Assembly: GCF_018977255.1 (NCBI RefSeq) | Contig: NW_024704743.1 | Coordinates: 80,230,001 to 80,294,000 of the forward strand | Direction: 5' to 3' | DNA from: Callorhinchus milii | Lineage: Eukaryota | Length of the DNA: 64,000 nt | In this document: in pieces, positions 38,336 to 52,427 of the stretch | Layout of the letters: every line of letters begins with the position of its first letter | Numbering within the stretch: position 1 is the stretch's first letter | Notes under the pieces: model-generated | The model's database searches: none | Told to the model about the DNA's origin: nothing | What the model saw: the letters and a program-made list of their open reading frames with translations, nothing else | Translations under genes and position numbers: made by a program

Positions 38336-40519
38336 GCAAAACATGTTTTAGTGAAATATTTATGGAAATAATTTCCATTAAAGTCAAATGTCACCTTCGT
38401 TTTAGCAAATGGGTTAATTGAGCAGATATCAGAGTGAATGTTTTTAATGTTTACATGAAAACAGTCATTCAAAAGTTTGAGTACTCTAAGGTTTATCTTA
38501 ACATCGGAAAACACATTCAAAATATTAAAAGCAATAAGGATTTATTGGTATTATTTTATTTAATTCCACTGGAAGTGGTAATACATTTTATTTTTGTCAG
38601 TATTTAATTGCTTAATACTTTTTCCATTCTGAATAAAAATAGATTTGGGCAGTTCACTTTCATAAAACAAATACCAATCCTTGTTTACTGAATACAAAAG
38701 AACGTAAAACTATTTGAAAGCCGCACAAGGCTATCTGAAAGGTCAATTCTCACACTTCATTGGGACTGTTGATTTTCCATTCCAAAATCTGATTGGAATT
38801 GGTTCCACAACATTTTTTAAATTGTTTGTCAAAATGCGCTGAACTCTTTAAAAAGTGATGGAGCGTGACTTTATGTTATATAGTCAACTGTAGTTTTCAG
38901 ATGCTGTGTTTTCAATTAACTGTTGTTTGCAGAATAAAATAGTTAAGCTTCAAAAAAATCCCAATGTTCTTTCAAATATAAATCAGATAGATATGAACTG
39001 TAACATGATATTACTGCAAAACTACAAGTTATACCATTATAAAATTCCTGTGTACAACTTGAATCAAATTACTATACTTGTTCCATGAGTTAAAATGTGA
39101 TACTCTATAAACTTTTAATGCTTGTTAAATTTTTTATTGAATCTATTAATTTAGGTTCAGTTATAAACACATAATAATACTTAGATTTGATATAGTGTCT
39201 TTAATGTCTGGAATTTGTCTTAATGTGCTTCACAGGATATATTGTGATTTGTAGTACTTTGCGAACAGTCATTGCATTTCAAAATAAAAAAATCTTGTGA
39301 AACGCTGAGACATTGACTACATAGATCCTAAACCAAATGTAAAAATTATTATCATAACATTATATTTTTCCACCTATTTTTAAATAATAGTACAATGGCA
39401 GAATTCAAGCACAAGATTTCAGTGGCTACCACTATTGTTCTGGTTGCTGATAGCAGGTTTCAGTGCAGTTTCATGGCTTAGTGCTGTGGCTCAATTGATA
39501 GAACTCTTGTTTCTGGGTCAGAAGTTTAAGTTCAAGCCCCATATCATGACTGAATTCATAGTCTTGTCTGAAACTCCAGTGCATTGTTGGAGGTGTGCCA
39601 CATTGTGCCACAAGGTGCTATCCTTTTGAAGAGATGCTAAAAATAATAAATAATAATAATCTTTGCATTTGATAAAGCGGCTTTCATGTCATTGAGACGT
39701 CTCAAAGTAATTCACAGGATATACAGTACTGTAAAGTGATTTTTGACCGAACCATAAGCCATCCTCCTACCCTCCCTGCCCTGCACCTTCCATGATCCCT
39801 ACCTCCAGATCAGGTCTAAATCCCTGACTATAGCGCCTTGGGACATCCTCCCAAAGTGAAAGGAGCTATACAAATCTAATTTGCATTGTATTGTATTGTG
39901 AAGGCCATGGAGTGAATGACTCAATTTTCTGTAATGCCTTTCATGTCAGGAGGATGACTCAAAGTGTTTCACAAAATTTACTGTGGAGTGGAGTGACTGC
40001 GTATTTGACAGGGAAAGGTTTCTGAGAAGTGATATGAAATTTCTGTGTAAAAATCAAGAATAACTAAAGAAAATGCTGCCCAAATTTTAGAAAGACAGAA
40101 TCCATTCCATCATTGATATGCTGCTCCAAATAACAAGCAGGGTAACTTTGTATGGAGAGGGACAGGAGGTTTTAGTTTTTGGTTGCATGAATACAACATT
40201 TGATTGGAAAGGAGGTGATGCACTCTTTATCACCTCAAATGAATTACAAAGTCTTACATGCGTATGTACTGCAAAATACCTGCTTTGGAAACTTCAGAAA
40301 TTTACAGCACAGAAGAAGGCCATTTCACCCATTGTGTCTGTTCTGGCTCTTTGAAAGAGCAATACATTCAGTCACATTTATCTTCCCAGTTTCTGTTATG
40401 AAATTGCTCTTTGCAACTGTAAACCCATGTTCTCTTTTTACTGTCTTGGTCATCCTAAAGTATTGTTCTAGGTTTATTTTTTCAATCCCATATAAAATTT
40501 TATTTTAAATTCCCGACAG

Positions 40520-40894
40520 GTGAAACGTTGAGTGAAAACTTTCCTTACTCCACATGTCCACATGCCTCTGTTTATCTAGCAGTAAATAAGAACCCAATTG
40601 TTAGTCGATTGGTGAATTACTTTTCCCGGATAATAATGCCTTCAAAAATAATAATAATTTGGTCACTCAATCCATGAGTGTTTGTGTGCAATTGGTTACC
40701 ACGTTTCACCAACAAAATATACAGTCAATTCACTTTACAATATATTCTGTGAAGCGCTTTGAAACATCTTGAAGATGTTATAAGGCGCTATATCAAATGC
40801 AAGGATTATTATGATTATTATTATATCAACTGCAAGAATTATTATGATTATTATTATTATATCAACTGTAAGTATTATTATGATTATTATTATT
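40520..40894 (+). mobile_element. Long-subtype SINE without head, with triplicated terminus
   Basis: Body matches other copies; terminal unit starts at 40789, 40822 and 40858. Confidence 0.88.
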
Positions 40895-41929
40895 GTACAC
40901 TCCACTAGGTCTTCTCTAAAACTCTTCCTTTCACGACTGAAGAGTCTTGAAAGAGGCTTGTCTAACTATTGACCGTAATTCATTCCTCTAACACTGGAGG
41001 TCAGCCTTGTTGCTCTCCTCTGCACCATATCTAATGGCTTGGGCAGCCTCCTATTGTCATGGGAACTATAACTATACAGAGTACTCTAGGTGATTCCTGA
41101 CCAAAACACTATGTAGCTTGAGTATGATGTCTGGGGAACTGATTCACTGCTATTTCACTACCTTTTGAAAACAGATGTAACATGAGAAATAAATAGTATA
41201 TTCACATCACTCCCCACCCCTCAGGTTATTTTAACTTCTTTGACAGGGACTGAGTGTTCTTCAAACTGTGCGTCTAAAGTTAGATTCAGTGTCTAGCAGG
41301 GTCATGTGATGCAAATAATACACAGATCTTTTGTCTGCTGCTGCTCAGAAAGTACTGTAGACTCCAGTTCATATAAGCACTGAGCTCAATACATAATTTA
41401 TTGCCTTCAGACTAATGGGCTACCATTTCACCGTAAAGTGTTAGCATACAGAACTCTGCAATCCAGATGGAATTCAACAGTCATAGAGCACAGATCGAAA
41501 AGAAAAGAGAGACCAGACTACCTTGACAGTGGTGGAATCAAACAACAGACAAAATAGTCCAGGCAATGCAGCAGGTCTGCATTATTAGAGTCACATCAGC
41601 ACTGAGATTTTGCACCCGGGGCAACTGAATACAAATATAGTCTAAACAATGACCTGGAGTCTGATGTCCCATACTGAGATCCTCCACTGAGTTTGGGCTA
41701 TAAAGCCTTCTATACCTCCCCTTGTATGTACACCTTATGATAAACCAAATTAATGGAACTCCAGTACCGGGAAGGGATTGGTTTCTGTAATAAAAATGTC
41801 AAGTTCTGTTTGTTTAAACCAAAGGCTCCGTGAAACTGTCTCTGAACCATCTCTCATGTCTACTGACCTTGGCTGTGACTGAAGTGTAATTATTATTATT
41901 TATTTGATGGATATGATTGAAATGTTCAT

Positions 41930-42880
41930 AACAAAATAAGAAATGCTAGACGAAAAAAGAGCAAGGTCCATCTAGTTCGCCTTCCACCTTCCTGGTAGTC
42001 ACATGCACATGTGTCCCAAACTACCCATGTAGTATATCCCATAATGTTATTTCATCAAAGAAAACTATCTAATCCGTGTTTGAAAGAATCAACACTTCCT
42101 GCTTCAACCGTCTCCCTAAGGAGCCTGTTCCACAGGTTCACTATTCACTCACTGAGATAATGCTTGCGTAAATTTGTTCTGAATTTTTCCACCTTCAATT
42201 ACAGGCTGTGATCTCTGGTTTTACTATTCTGGACAAGTTGAACCAGCCTGTCATGATCTATATTTTCTTGCCCCTTTAGAATCTTAAAGATAGCAATCAT
42301 GTCGCCTCTCAATCTTCTCTTTTCCAGCATGAACATGCCTAATTTATTTAGTTGCTCCTCATAATCCTATCCTTCCATTCCCTCAATCATTTTGGTTGCC
42401 CTCCTCTGTATCTTCTCGATTTCTCCAATATCCTGTTTGTACTGCAATGAACAAAACTGTACACACTACTCTAAGTATAGTCTCACCAATGATTTATACA
42501 GTGACAGGTGTATAAATCAGTTTGGCAAGCATGAATATGAATAGTGTTGCAACTTTTCTCTGCAACATCCTTAAGTTCTCTTTCCAGATCAGATAGGCTA
42601 CCCATCTCCTCCTTGGTAAAAAACTTATTTAGCACTATTACAACCTGTGCAGCATTATTTTTCATGTTGTCTCCCTTCAGTGACCCTATTCCATTGCTTA
42701 TTTTTCTTCTACACTTAATGTAACTAAGATACTTTTTGTTATTATCCCTCACATCTCTTGCCATGTTCAATTCAAAGTTTTTCTTTGCCATTATGATGCC
42801 TTTTTTGCAGTCCTGGCATGCCTTCTAGTATTGATTCCGATTTATTTCCTTGTCATTTTCCTTCGTGGCCTTAAATGTTT
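41930..42880 (-). mobile_element. Degenerate CR1-clade LINE with internal deletion
   Basis: Minus strand reads LEKRRLRGDMI near 42290-42330 and AKKNFELNMARDVRDNNKKYLSYIK in ORF 42483-42791. Confidence 0.8.
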
Positions 42881-43367
42881 TTGCATCTTCTTTAAGATTG
42901 AGGGGAAAAAATCCTCTGAGCAGTGAAATTTCTTCTCGATTAAAAATCAGAAATAGCTATTCAAAATTTTGAAATATCAACAGTCAACACCAGAAGCTGT
43001 GTTAGAAAGATACTTTTAAAGACACACTGGAAATAATAATAACAATAATAATCCTTACATTTTAAAAGCTCCTTTCACATCAAGAGGATGTCCCAAAGCA
43101 CTTCACAGAATATAGTGTAACGTGTAGTGACTGTGTTTTTGTGAGTGAACACAGCAGACAAGCAATGTACCACAACCAGCAATGTATGTACACACACACA
43201 AACATACACAGTTGAACCCCGTTATAGCATGCTTCAGTACACTATAGGTTCATTGAATGTATTCAAGACTCAGATCAATAGATTTTTAAAAACTAAAGGG
43301 ATTAAGGGATATGGGGATAGGGCGGGTAAATGGAATTAGGTTAGAAGATTAGCCATGATCTTACTAA

Positions 43368-45023
43368 CAACAACAACAACAACAACAAGATTCCATTTAT
43401 AAAGCGCCTTTCACATCAGGAGGACGTCCCAAGGCGCTGCACAGTTGGGTCATGACCCGAGCAGGGGGGAAATGGTCAGGGTGAGGGGAGGGAAGGGAGG
43501 GAGTGAGGAGGGGGGAAATGGTCAGGGTGAGGGGAGGGAAGGGAGGGAGCGAGGAGGGGGAAGAGAGTCGAGAGGGGAGCTGAAGGCACGGTCAAAGAGA
43601 AAGGTTTTGAGACCGGCCTTGAAGGAGGAAAGGGAGGAAGCAAGGCGAAGGCACTGGGGGATGGAGTTCCAGAGCCTCGGGGCTGAGAGGCTGAAGGCCC
43701 GACCACCGATGGTAGGGCGGTTGGGGCGGGGGACGTGGAGCAGACCGGAGCCAGAGGAACGGAGGGTACGGGCAGGTAGGTAGGGGGATAGTAGGTTGGA
43801 GAGGTAGGAGGGAGCAAGGCCGTGAATGGCCTTGTAGGTGAGGATGAGGATCTTGAAATCAATCCTCTGGGGGATGGGGAGCCAGTGGAGGCGAGCGAGG
43901 GTGGGAGTGATGTGGTCCCGAAGCCTGGTGCGGGACAGTACACGAGCTGCAGAGTTCTGAATGACCTGCAGCTTGTGGAGGGAGGTGGCGGGAAGGCCGG
44001 CGAGGAGAGAGTTCCCATAGTCCAGCCTTGAGGTGACAAAGGCGTGGACCAGGGTTTCAGCAGCGTGAGGGGTGAGGTAATGCCGTAGTCTGGCGATGTT
44101 CCGGAGGTGATGGAAGGCGGTGCCAGTTGTGGTGCGGATGTGAGGGAGAAAGGACAGCTCAGGGTCGAACAAAACGCCGAGGTTCCTGACTGGCTTTGAG
44201 AGGTGGAGAGTGCAGCCTTGGATGCTGATGGTGTCAGCGCCTGAGGTGCGGAGGCGCTGACGTGAGCCAATCAGGAGGGCCTCGGTTTTTCGCACGTTGA
44301 GCTGAAGAAAGTTGTCTCTCGTCCAGGACTCGATGTCGGACAGGCAGGCTGTCAGGACATCGGTGGTCGTGGAGTTGAGAGTAGAGGAGGAAAGGTAGAG
44401 TTGGGTGTCATCCGCATACATGTGGAAGTTAACTCCATGTCTGCGGATGATGTCACCGAGGGGGAGCATATAGAGGGTGAAGAGGAGGGGACCGAGGACA
44501 GAGCCCTGAGGGACACCACATGAGACAGTGCGGGGGGTGGAGGAGAAGCCATTCGTCGAGACAAAGTGAAGACGGTGAGAAAGGTACGACCTAAACCATT
44601 CAAGGACAGTGCCTTGAAGGTTGAGGTGGGAGGACAAGCGGTGGAGTAGGATAGCGTGGTCGACCGTATCGAATGCTGCCGATAGGTCGAGGAGGACGAG
44701 GAGGCAGAGGGAGCCCTGGTCACAGATGGTCAGGATATCATTGGTGACCTTGACCAGGGCAGTTTCTGTGCTATGGGCAGCACGGAAACCTGACTGAAGG
44801 GGTTCGAAAAGAGAATGGGTGGAAAGGAAAGAGCGCAGTTGGGAGGCGACAACTCTTTCCAAGACCTTGGAGAGAAAGGGGAGGTTGGAGATGGGCCGGT
44901 AACTTGATAGCTGCGACGCATCAAGGGAGGGTTTTTTCAGGGTGGGCGTGATGGTGGCAGTTTTTAATGGAATGGGGACAGAGCCAGAGGAGAGGGACAG
45001 GTTGATGATGTCAGTGATATGTG
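43368..45023 (-). mobile_element. Young 5'-truncated L2 LINE
   Basis: Near-identical to 25421-27074. TACTAA duplication at 43362-43367 and 45025-45030. Confidence 0.97.
43522..45021 (-). pseudogene. L2 ORF2 C-terminal part: uninterrupted RT domain, no endonuclease, no native start
   Basis: The 446-aa ORF in the track extends in frame to the truncation point. RT motifs including YADD are intact. Confidence 0.9.
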
Positions 45024-45164
45024 ATACTAAATGGCGGGGCAGGCTCGAGAGGCCGAATGGCCTACCCCTGCTCCTATTTCTTATGTTCTTATGTTCTTAT
45101 ATGACATGATAGCACGGTGGTCTCCGGTGACCATTCACTAATTAATGGAAATAAGGTTTCCCCT

Positions 45165-45570
45165 AAAAGTCTTCATAATTTTAAAGATCTCTATCGGATT
45201 TTCCCTCAAACTGCCCTAGTTTCTCCAGTGTCTGAACGTAGGTCAAACCATTCAAAATGCATTCTAGTAAATCATCCTAGTAAATCTCCTCTGTGCCATT
45301 TTTATGACCCTGACATATTTCTCAAATGGAGTGACCAAAACTGGACACAATACTCTCTGATTTAGTAATATAGTCCAGCATCCTATTTACCTTGCTTACT
45401 GCTGCCTCAGACTGATTTTTGAGCAACAAGTCAATTAGTACCCCTAGATGCCTTTCAGTTACACCCTTCTTCCCCCTTGGCATATTCTGTTCCTCCATTG
45501 AGTACTTGTATTGTATCTCTAGAATCTTGCATTTTTCTGTATTAAACCTCATTTGCCAGTGATCAGCACA
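45165..45570 (-). mobile_element. Degenerate CR1-clade LINE fragment
   Basis: ADHWQMRFNTEKCKI...AAVSKVNRMLDYI peptide. Confidence 0.8.
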
Positions 45571-46416
45571 CACAAGTATGTCTGGGGATCTAAACTCAAC
45601 TGATCGAGCAATCTAGCCCAGTGTTCTGTTTACCTTCTATATTGTTGCCTCATGCTGTATTCACATAGTGAGCAATAAGTCAACTGGTCCCCCTAGATCT
45701 CCTTCAGTTACTTTGATTTGTATAATTTTTCATCCCACTGGCTTAGCCTGAGGATTTCTCCGGGGACACCCGGTTGTGCAATAAAAACTACATCCTTGCA
45801 TTTCACATAGCATCTTTCACATCAAAAGGACTTCACAAAGCACCTGACAGGACTTACTGCAGTGTATACTGACCGTGGAATATTGCTGGTGCGTTCATCA
45901 GCCATGAAGTGAAATGACCAACGATAAGGATAAAATTTCCATAAACACAGACGGAAAAACTAAAAAAGCTGCTTCAGCAAAGCACCTTAGGCTTTAGGAT
46001 TTGATAGCTTCAAAACCAACAGTGCAATCATCTTCTGAATCGGACTGAGCAGTCACACTGGCAGAAAACATGCTGTGTACTGCAATACTGTGCGTGGATT
46101 TCCTACACAACTGTGACATTGGTCATATGGAACACGTTGTGTGACAGGAAAGTGCTGAACCCAAAAAAACTTTCAAATCGTTTAAATGCAATTTTTCTCA
46201 ATGAGCAGATATTCTTTTGTTAAATTGGAGCCGGATGAGCCGCTGACAGGTCAAATAAACCAGGGACCTTTGTAAAGTGTTTGGAACCTGACTTGGATGA
46301 TTATGTGTGACAAATTTATCTTCCTACTTCACACCCCTACAATCTCCCCAAAAAGCTGGAACAGACATTTGCTGTCACCAGGCATTGCTCAATAAAATTT
46401 AAGCAATATAACTTAC

Positions 46417-46464
46417 GTTTTGGAGAATGAGGATTACCGTGGCTTTGACTTGTGCTGACGATCC
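46417..46464 (-). other. Candidate 48-nt exon (phase 1: xIVSTSQSHGNPHSPK)
   Basis: Acceptor CCATTTCCATACAG, donor AAC|GTAAGT, in unique sequence. Confidence 0.3.
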
Positions 46465-47055
46465 CTGTATGGAAATGGATTGCAACATTGCTTAAGGAAG
46501 ATGATATCTTGCTTCTCCTTTGTGGAGAATATTCAACTTGCAACATTAATGTTCTCTATCAGCCCCAATTGCACCTTGTCTCAGCCTTAAAATTTATAGA
46601 CCTGCAGAGGGAATAGAGGGATACCAGAGAGGGCAAATAGCAAGGGTGGATGCTTGTGTGGAGTATAAACACCAGCACACACTAAATGGGCCAAATGCCT
46701 GTCTCCAAGCTGCATGATTCTATGTAATTATACGTGTGGAAAATTATTTAAATTGGGTCTTGATTTGGAAGCAGGTTTTCCTGCCATTGTGAAAAAAAAT
46801 GTTTTCCAAATGAAGACTGAGTTGAAGAATGTTCCACAATCCTGTGTGATCTTAAATGTAAAGGCAAAATGATCTTACAGCGAAAGACTGGTGGTATTTC
46901 ATGTGACTTGTCAACATTTTGCTTGCTGTCTGCTCGCCTAATGACTTTAGAGTGATCATATTTTCCAGTAAAAGCAGCCAGAGGAGACACATTGTCCGTA
47001 GTGGTTGAAACCAAAATACCAGCAACACTGTGCAACTCAGTGCTCTGGTTAAATG

Positions 47056-47419
47056 ATAATAATAATCCTTGCATTTGATATAGCGCCTTATCACATCTTC
47101 GAGACATCTCAAAGCGCTTCATAGAATACACTGTAAAGTGAATTGACTGTATATTTTATGGACAAAATGTGGCAGCCAATTGTGCACAGCAGTGTCCTAC
47201 AAACAGTCGTGGATTGAGTGACCAAATTCTTTTTATTTATTTTAAAGATATTATTACCCCTGGAAAAGCGATCCACCAATCGAGTAACAACTGGGTTCCT
47301 ACTTACTGCTAGGTAAACAGAGGTGTGTGGAATAAGGAAACTTGCCCAACATTTCACCCTGCCGGGAATTGAACCCAGGTCTCTCGCTTGCGAAGGAGTT
47401 CTCTAACCACTAAGCTACA
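47056..47419 (-). mobile_element. Long-subtype tRNA-Ala SINE, near complete
   Basis: Reverse complement matches 33722-34084. Confidence 0.92.
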
Positions 47420-49811
47420 AAACACAAGAGCTGTATTGATTACTCTTTGAGTGTCAAATCAATTATGTCTGTATAAACTTGTTCAGCAAATGTACTGGAA
47501 TCCAGATGAATGTAAGGCACATTAAAAATACTTTAACCTCGAAGCAACTATAATCTTACAGTTGTCCGACTGGTGCATGTATGTTCAATAGTCAATAAAA
47601 TAATTATGTTAAAATTTCTAGATTAATTTAGGATATCAAACTCCCTTTTAATTCTTTATATAAATCAAAAGTTACCCCTTGCCTAAAATAACAATGTAAT
47701 TCATCAGGGGACAGCAGAAAGAACCTCTGGACTAGATTAACGCCTTGGATGGATACCTAAAGCACCAGATAATGGGAACTTGGACAAATGGCCTCAATAG
47801 AGACCCATAGAAATGAATGCTTTAAACAGTCTCCTGTAAATCATTAGCAGAAATGGACATTGCAATGCAAGACTGCAGGGACTTGTTGGAGGTGTATCCA
47901 CAATTGTAATGCTTTCAACTAGAGTAACTTTAGTATGAATTTCAGCGATTCTATCTTTTCAAATCCAGAATAGATATCATCATTATTATTATTTGATTCA
48001 ACATCTTCAGGTGAGAAGGAGAGGGCAAAATCTTTAGCTGGTGTTGCTGCTATTTCACATTCGGAACCTTCACATAAACAATGGGATTTCCATCAAAGTA
48101 TTTAACAAGCACAAAACCACCTTAAAGAGACCAAAGGGCTTCAGATACCCCCGATGTGTTTCTTTTACTTTTTTGAGCATTAAACACTGATAGCATTGCA
48201 GCCCATTTTAAAAACTTAGAATTTAATACTTCCAACTGCATTAGAAAGTGCTCACAGACAAATTTCGTACGTGGCTCCAGCTACATAGAGCTGTGATTTA
48301 TACAGCTGCTGGAACCATTATCAGTGATTAAGGAGCTTCAGGGTTTCTGAGCAATCTCTGCTGTCTATAAATTTGCTGTAGTGCTGAAAGAACATTTTGA
48401 ATCATACTTAAAGCATCTGTAACCAGTATTTGTTTGAAAGAATTGGCACCATAACCAAATGAAGTGATGAAGTGCCTGCTACAGGGTGGGACATTATTCA
48501 CACTCGTGTGTTAAGGATTTGAAGATAAAAGAATGAAAGTGGAGGACATGTGACTGACATCAGTGCATTCTTTCTTTGCAGGAATTCATTTGGAATACCT
48601 AGAGCATCAACCAGGCCACAGTCAAATTCATTCTCTATGAGGCTCTTTAACATACCCTTTGTCACATAAAGCAATGACACAGACACAGAGATTCTGCATG
48701 AAACATTCTGCAATAGCTAGCCAGCATGATTCACTTCAACAACTATTCAATTCGTTTGTGCCACAAAGCAAAGCATACAATCAATTTGTGCGAGATCAGT
48801 TCCAGCGCATTGGGATGTCCTCCCGACTTGAAAGGCGCTATACAATTGTCATTTCTTATTTCTGTTTCTAACTAAAAGGACCATTGTTATGGTCACCATT
48901 GGGACCTTTGGAACTTTACCATTGTTAACTATAAAGAGCAACAACCTTGGTCTTTAAAGCTCCTACAATTTCCAGCAAAGTATTCCAAAACTTGGAAGGT
49001 GGACAATAAAATGGCTTCACAGACTTCAACCTACTGATGTTGAAAGTTAGCTACAAACATTCACATCAAAACTTGAGGCAAAACAAAGATTATAGATCTT
49101 TCTGCAAGCAGCTAAAAGGAACTTCAGGGATAGAAAAGCAATTGGGGTCCATCACTCACAACCAAATACATAGCACATAAAATGCTTTGCAATTTTATTC
49201 TCTGTGGTCCTGCACATCAGCTCTTTCTCTTCATATTATTACCATTATCATAGCCTTGACCATGGCAGTTATTTATGTCTAAATTGTGTACCTTCAGGGT
49301 TTGAAGAACTGCTTTGCTCAGCCCTTGACCAGTCAATCATTCACTTATTTAAGAACAAGGAATCGTTCTTCATTGGTGGCTGCATCATCAACAGTGTTCA
49401 CAAATCTAATAACTTTTGACGTCTGCTCTTGGTGACTTATGGCAAAAGTACAGTACAAGATTATTGAATAATACTTCTTGATCTGTAGTACAATTGACCT
49501 CACAATCTCAACAGCAATTGGCTGAATGATTTAATTGTGTATGATCATTCCCAGAATATTGGTCTAATATTTTCTGGTCTTAAATACAATGAAAACACTC
49601 AGTCACAACTGGGTCAAACTGAGCCCCATTGAGTTCCCCTGGACATCCCAGAAGAAAGTGTGGAGTGCATGGCTTGTACCACAGAAAGCCACATTTTTAC
49701 AACAGAAAGTGAATGATGGTTATTGCTTCTATGATTCTATGCACATTCCTTTCCACAGTTAGGGACTGTGTTTAGGCATCTGGAGACCACCTAGAACTTT
49801 GTTTTCAATCA

Positions 49812-50100
49812 ACAGGCTCCGGCCTGCTTCATGTCCTCCCCCTATCTGCCCTACCTTTGGTCAGCACGCTTTCAGCCATTCTGCCCCCACTCACTGCAAA
49901 TCCATCCCAGAGTCTCTCCAACTCACCGTATCCTCCTCACTTTCAAAGCCTACCTTAAAACGTACCACTTTGATTATGCTTTTGGTCACCTTCTTTCCCC
50001 TGTCCCCAACCCTCTTCAGTTCCCCCGTCCACAACTCGGATTCTTGGCCAGATGTGTAAAAGCACTTTGAGATACCCCAATGTGCTATATAAATGTAAAT
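49812..50100 (+). mobile_element. Old L2 3' fragment
   Basis: PTFGQHAFSHSAPT...SIP peptide and degenerate tail. Confidence 0.75.
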
Positions 50101-50831
50101 TTCAGAGCCATCATGCATGTCACAGGAGCTTTTAAATGGTATTCCTAATAATCTGCACGCGAAGCAAAACACGTATCTCTGAAAATGGAGTAGATGAGCC
50201 CACTGACCTCTTCCCACTGGCCTGGATATAGAGTTTCTCCTCTGCTCACATCAGCTTTTTTTCTGTCCACTGGGAAATCTGAGAAGGGACTTGATCTAAT
50301 CATAATGCACTGCAGAAACGCACCGAAGATTCATCATTGAAGATATCCATGCAAATTTCAAGTTACTGAGATATTTCACAACAACTGAAGCCATTTGAAG
50401 TTGCAGGCTGGGTATATTCACACACTACCGTAATATTTGTTTTATCTTATGGAACTTGAAGTTCAGTAATGTCTGTTTGGGAACAGTCAGTCCTTGTGAA
50501 CAGGCTAGCAAAATCTCCTACAAAATGTAAAATCTTTATCCTCTGCGCTCATGGAATCTGTGTTAATGCTCATGAGGACTGCATACCAGAGGGGCAAAAA
50601 ACACAGATGCATTTGCAATGGAACTGTGGTTACAGGTTTTTGGTAGCGGTGATTGTGAGAACATTTTAAACATTTTAAACGCTTCTGACGTTATCATGCC
50701 ATTTGTACCATGTGAAGGATGCTATATAATGTACCAGGCCACAAGTCATTTCTCTCATTTCCCCAACTGTTTCCTTCCTCCCCACAATCCCTGCCCCGTT
50801 TTTTGGGTAGGGGGTGGGGGTTCAGTCAGAT

Positions 50832-51003
50832 ATCTGACACATGTGGAAACCCATCACCATGCTTAATCCATATATGTATGCCACCTATAATTGAAAATTC
50901 CCATGTCTGGAATGGAATACAACAAAAACTTGCATTTATAGAGCGGCCTTCACACAAGTAGCATCTCAGAACGCTTAAATGCGCACTCTCCCAGAAATAT
51001 GCC
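50832..51003 (-). repeat. Unclassified dispersed repeat, copy D
   Basis: TCTGACACATGTGGAAACCCATC...GTCTGGAATGGAA...GCGCACTCTCCCAGA as in copy A, with a short L2/SINE tail inserted at about 50918-50977. Confidence 0.65.
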
Positions 51004-51504
51004 CCATTTTACCACAAGGTAAGGTAAACGAGGAGGGCACAGATAAAATAGCAATGGACAGTCGATGATACCAGAGCCACAGTATAAAATGGCATTATGT
51101 TTAACAGATTCCTATTGAGAGATAAGGTTACATAGTCATTGGAATATTTAGCACCCACGTGACATCTGCATGTGAGCCAGGCTGCAGACATTTAATACAA
51201 AGTTACTATTATTGATTTCTAACACCTTTTCAATCTTTACCAACAGGGGAACAAAAACACATTTGGCTGATGGATGGGCCCCAGTAATCCTGACTCATCA
51301 CAGTGAGGATATTATTAGCTTCTCTAGGGACCCAGTTCGTCTTTTCATGTCATCCTGTTTCTCTTGTTCAAGTTTCCTCTTTACTGATCTCGACATCTAT
51401 GTCCACTTCATCTGGAAAAATTTGAAAAGAATATTTATGACCCAGCGAGATTCATAAGATTCATCAGTTGTTAATGTCTAGTTCTTATACAGTATTTACA
51501 GCAA

Positions 51505-52410
51505 CATAGAAACAAAAGGATTTTGTTCAGTCCATCGAACCTGTTCCACCAGTTTACTAGATCTTGACATTTTTTTTAATCCCATTGCCTTACCCTTTCA
51601 CCATACCCCTTAATACCTTTATTTCCCGAGTATCTGTCTTTCTCTCCATCAAACATCCAAATTGAATCCTTCTCCACAGCTTTCTGGGGCAGAGCATTTC
51701 ATATCTTCCCAATCCCTAGTGTGAAGAAATCTTCCTGACCTCAGTTCTAATGGTTATGATTTTGATGGATCGAACTATTAAAGGGAAGCGTCATTCACTA
51801 CCTAACCTGTCAGTTACTTTTATTATTATTATTTCTTCATTAAAATATTATTATTTTAAATACCCCTATCAAATCACCTTTAACTTTCTTGGCTCTAAGG
51901 AATACAACTGTAGTCTGCCCTGACTGTATTCACAACTAAACCTAGACTGACACTTCAAAGCAGTGCTGGAGTTCTGCTGCATTGTCTGACATGATGTCAA
52001 ACTGAAGTTCCACCTGCTTGTTTAGGTGGATATTACAAAACCCATGGCACCATTTGAAAAAAGTAGGGAGTTTCTCCCAATGTCAGAGCCAACAATCAAC
52101 CCAAAAATCCATTCATTCGCTTCATGGCTGTTCGTGGTACATTTCTGTGCGCAAATTAGCTGGCATATTCGCCTAAAAATACACAGGACCTACACTTTAG
52201 AGTTAGTCCTGTGAAACGCTTTGAAATGATCTCCTGATGTGAAAGATACTGTGTCAAATGTAAGGATTATTATTAAGCCCCTTCAGCCCAGGCATTAGTC
52301 TAGTGAACTGGTCGCCCTCCAAGGCTAGTATATCCTTCCTAAGTTTGGGTGCGCAAAACTGAACACAATGCTACAAACAACGTCTGACCAGTTCTCTATA
52401 TAATTGGAGA
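51505..52410 (-). mobile_element. Degenerate CR1 fragment interrupted by an old plus-strand Deu SINE (about 51940-52275)
   Basis: CATAGAAACAAAAGG terminus, CCCTTTCACCATACCCCTTAATACC, CAAAACTGAACACAATGCT. Confidence 0.65.
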
Positions 52411-52427
52411 AGCACCTCCTTTTACAT

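Larger units (their letters stand above)
43247..45098 (+). mobile_element. CR1-clade 3' end split by the L2 insertion (43247-43367 plus 45025-45098)
   Basis: AGCCATGATCTTACTAA resumes as TACTAAATGGCGGGGCAGGCTCGAGAGGCCGAATGGCCTAC...TTCTTATGTTCTTATG. I recognise this as a shark HER1/HE1-like tail from memory only. Confidence 0.85.

Noticed and set aside
43209..43240. Pogo/Tigger-like terminal repeat CAGTTGAACCCCGTTATAGC
   Set aside because: No partner end or TA duplication found.
43522..44862. Retron, group II intron or domesticated reverse transcriptase gene
   Set aside because: L2 motifs, 3' stem-loop, (GTT)n tail, 5' truncation and target-site duplication identify an ordinary LINE insertion.
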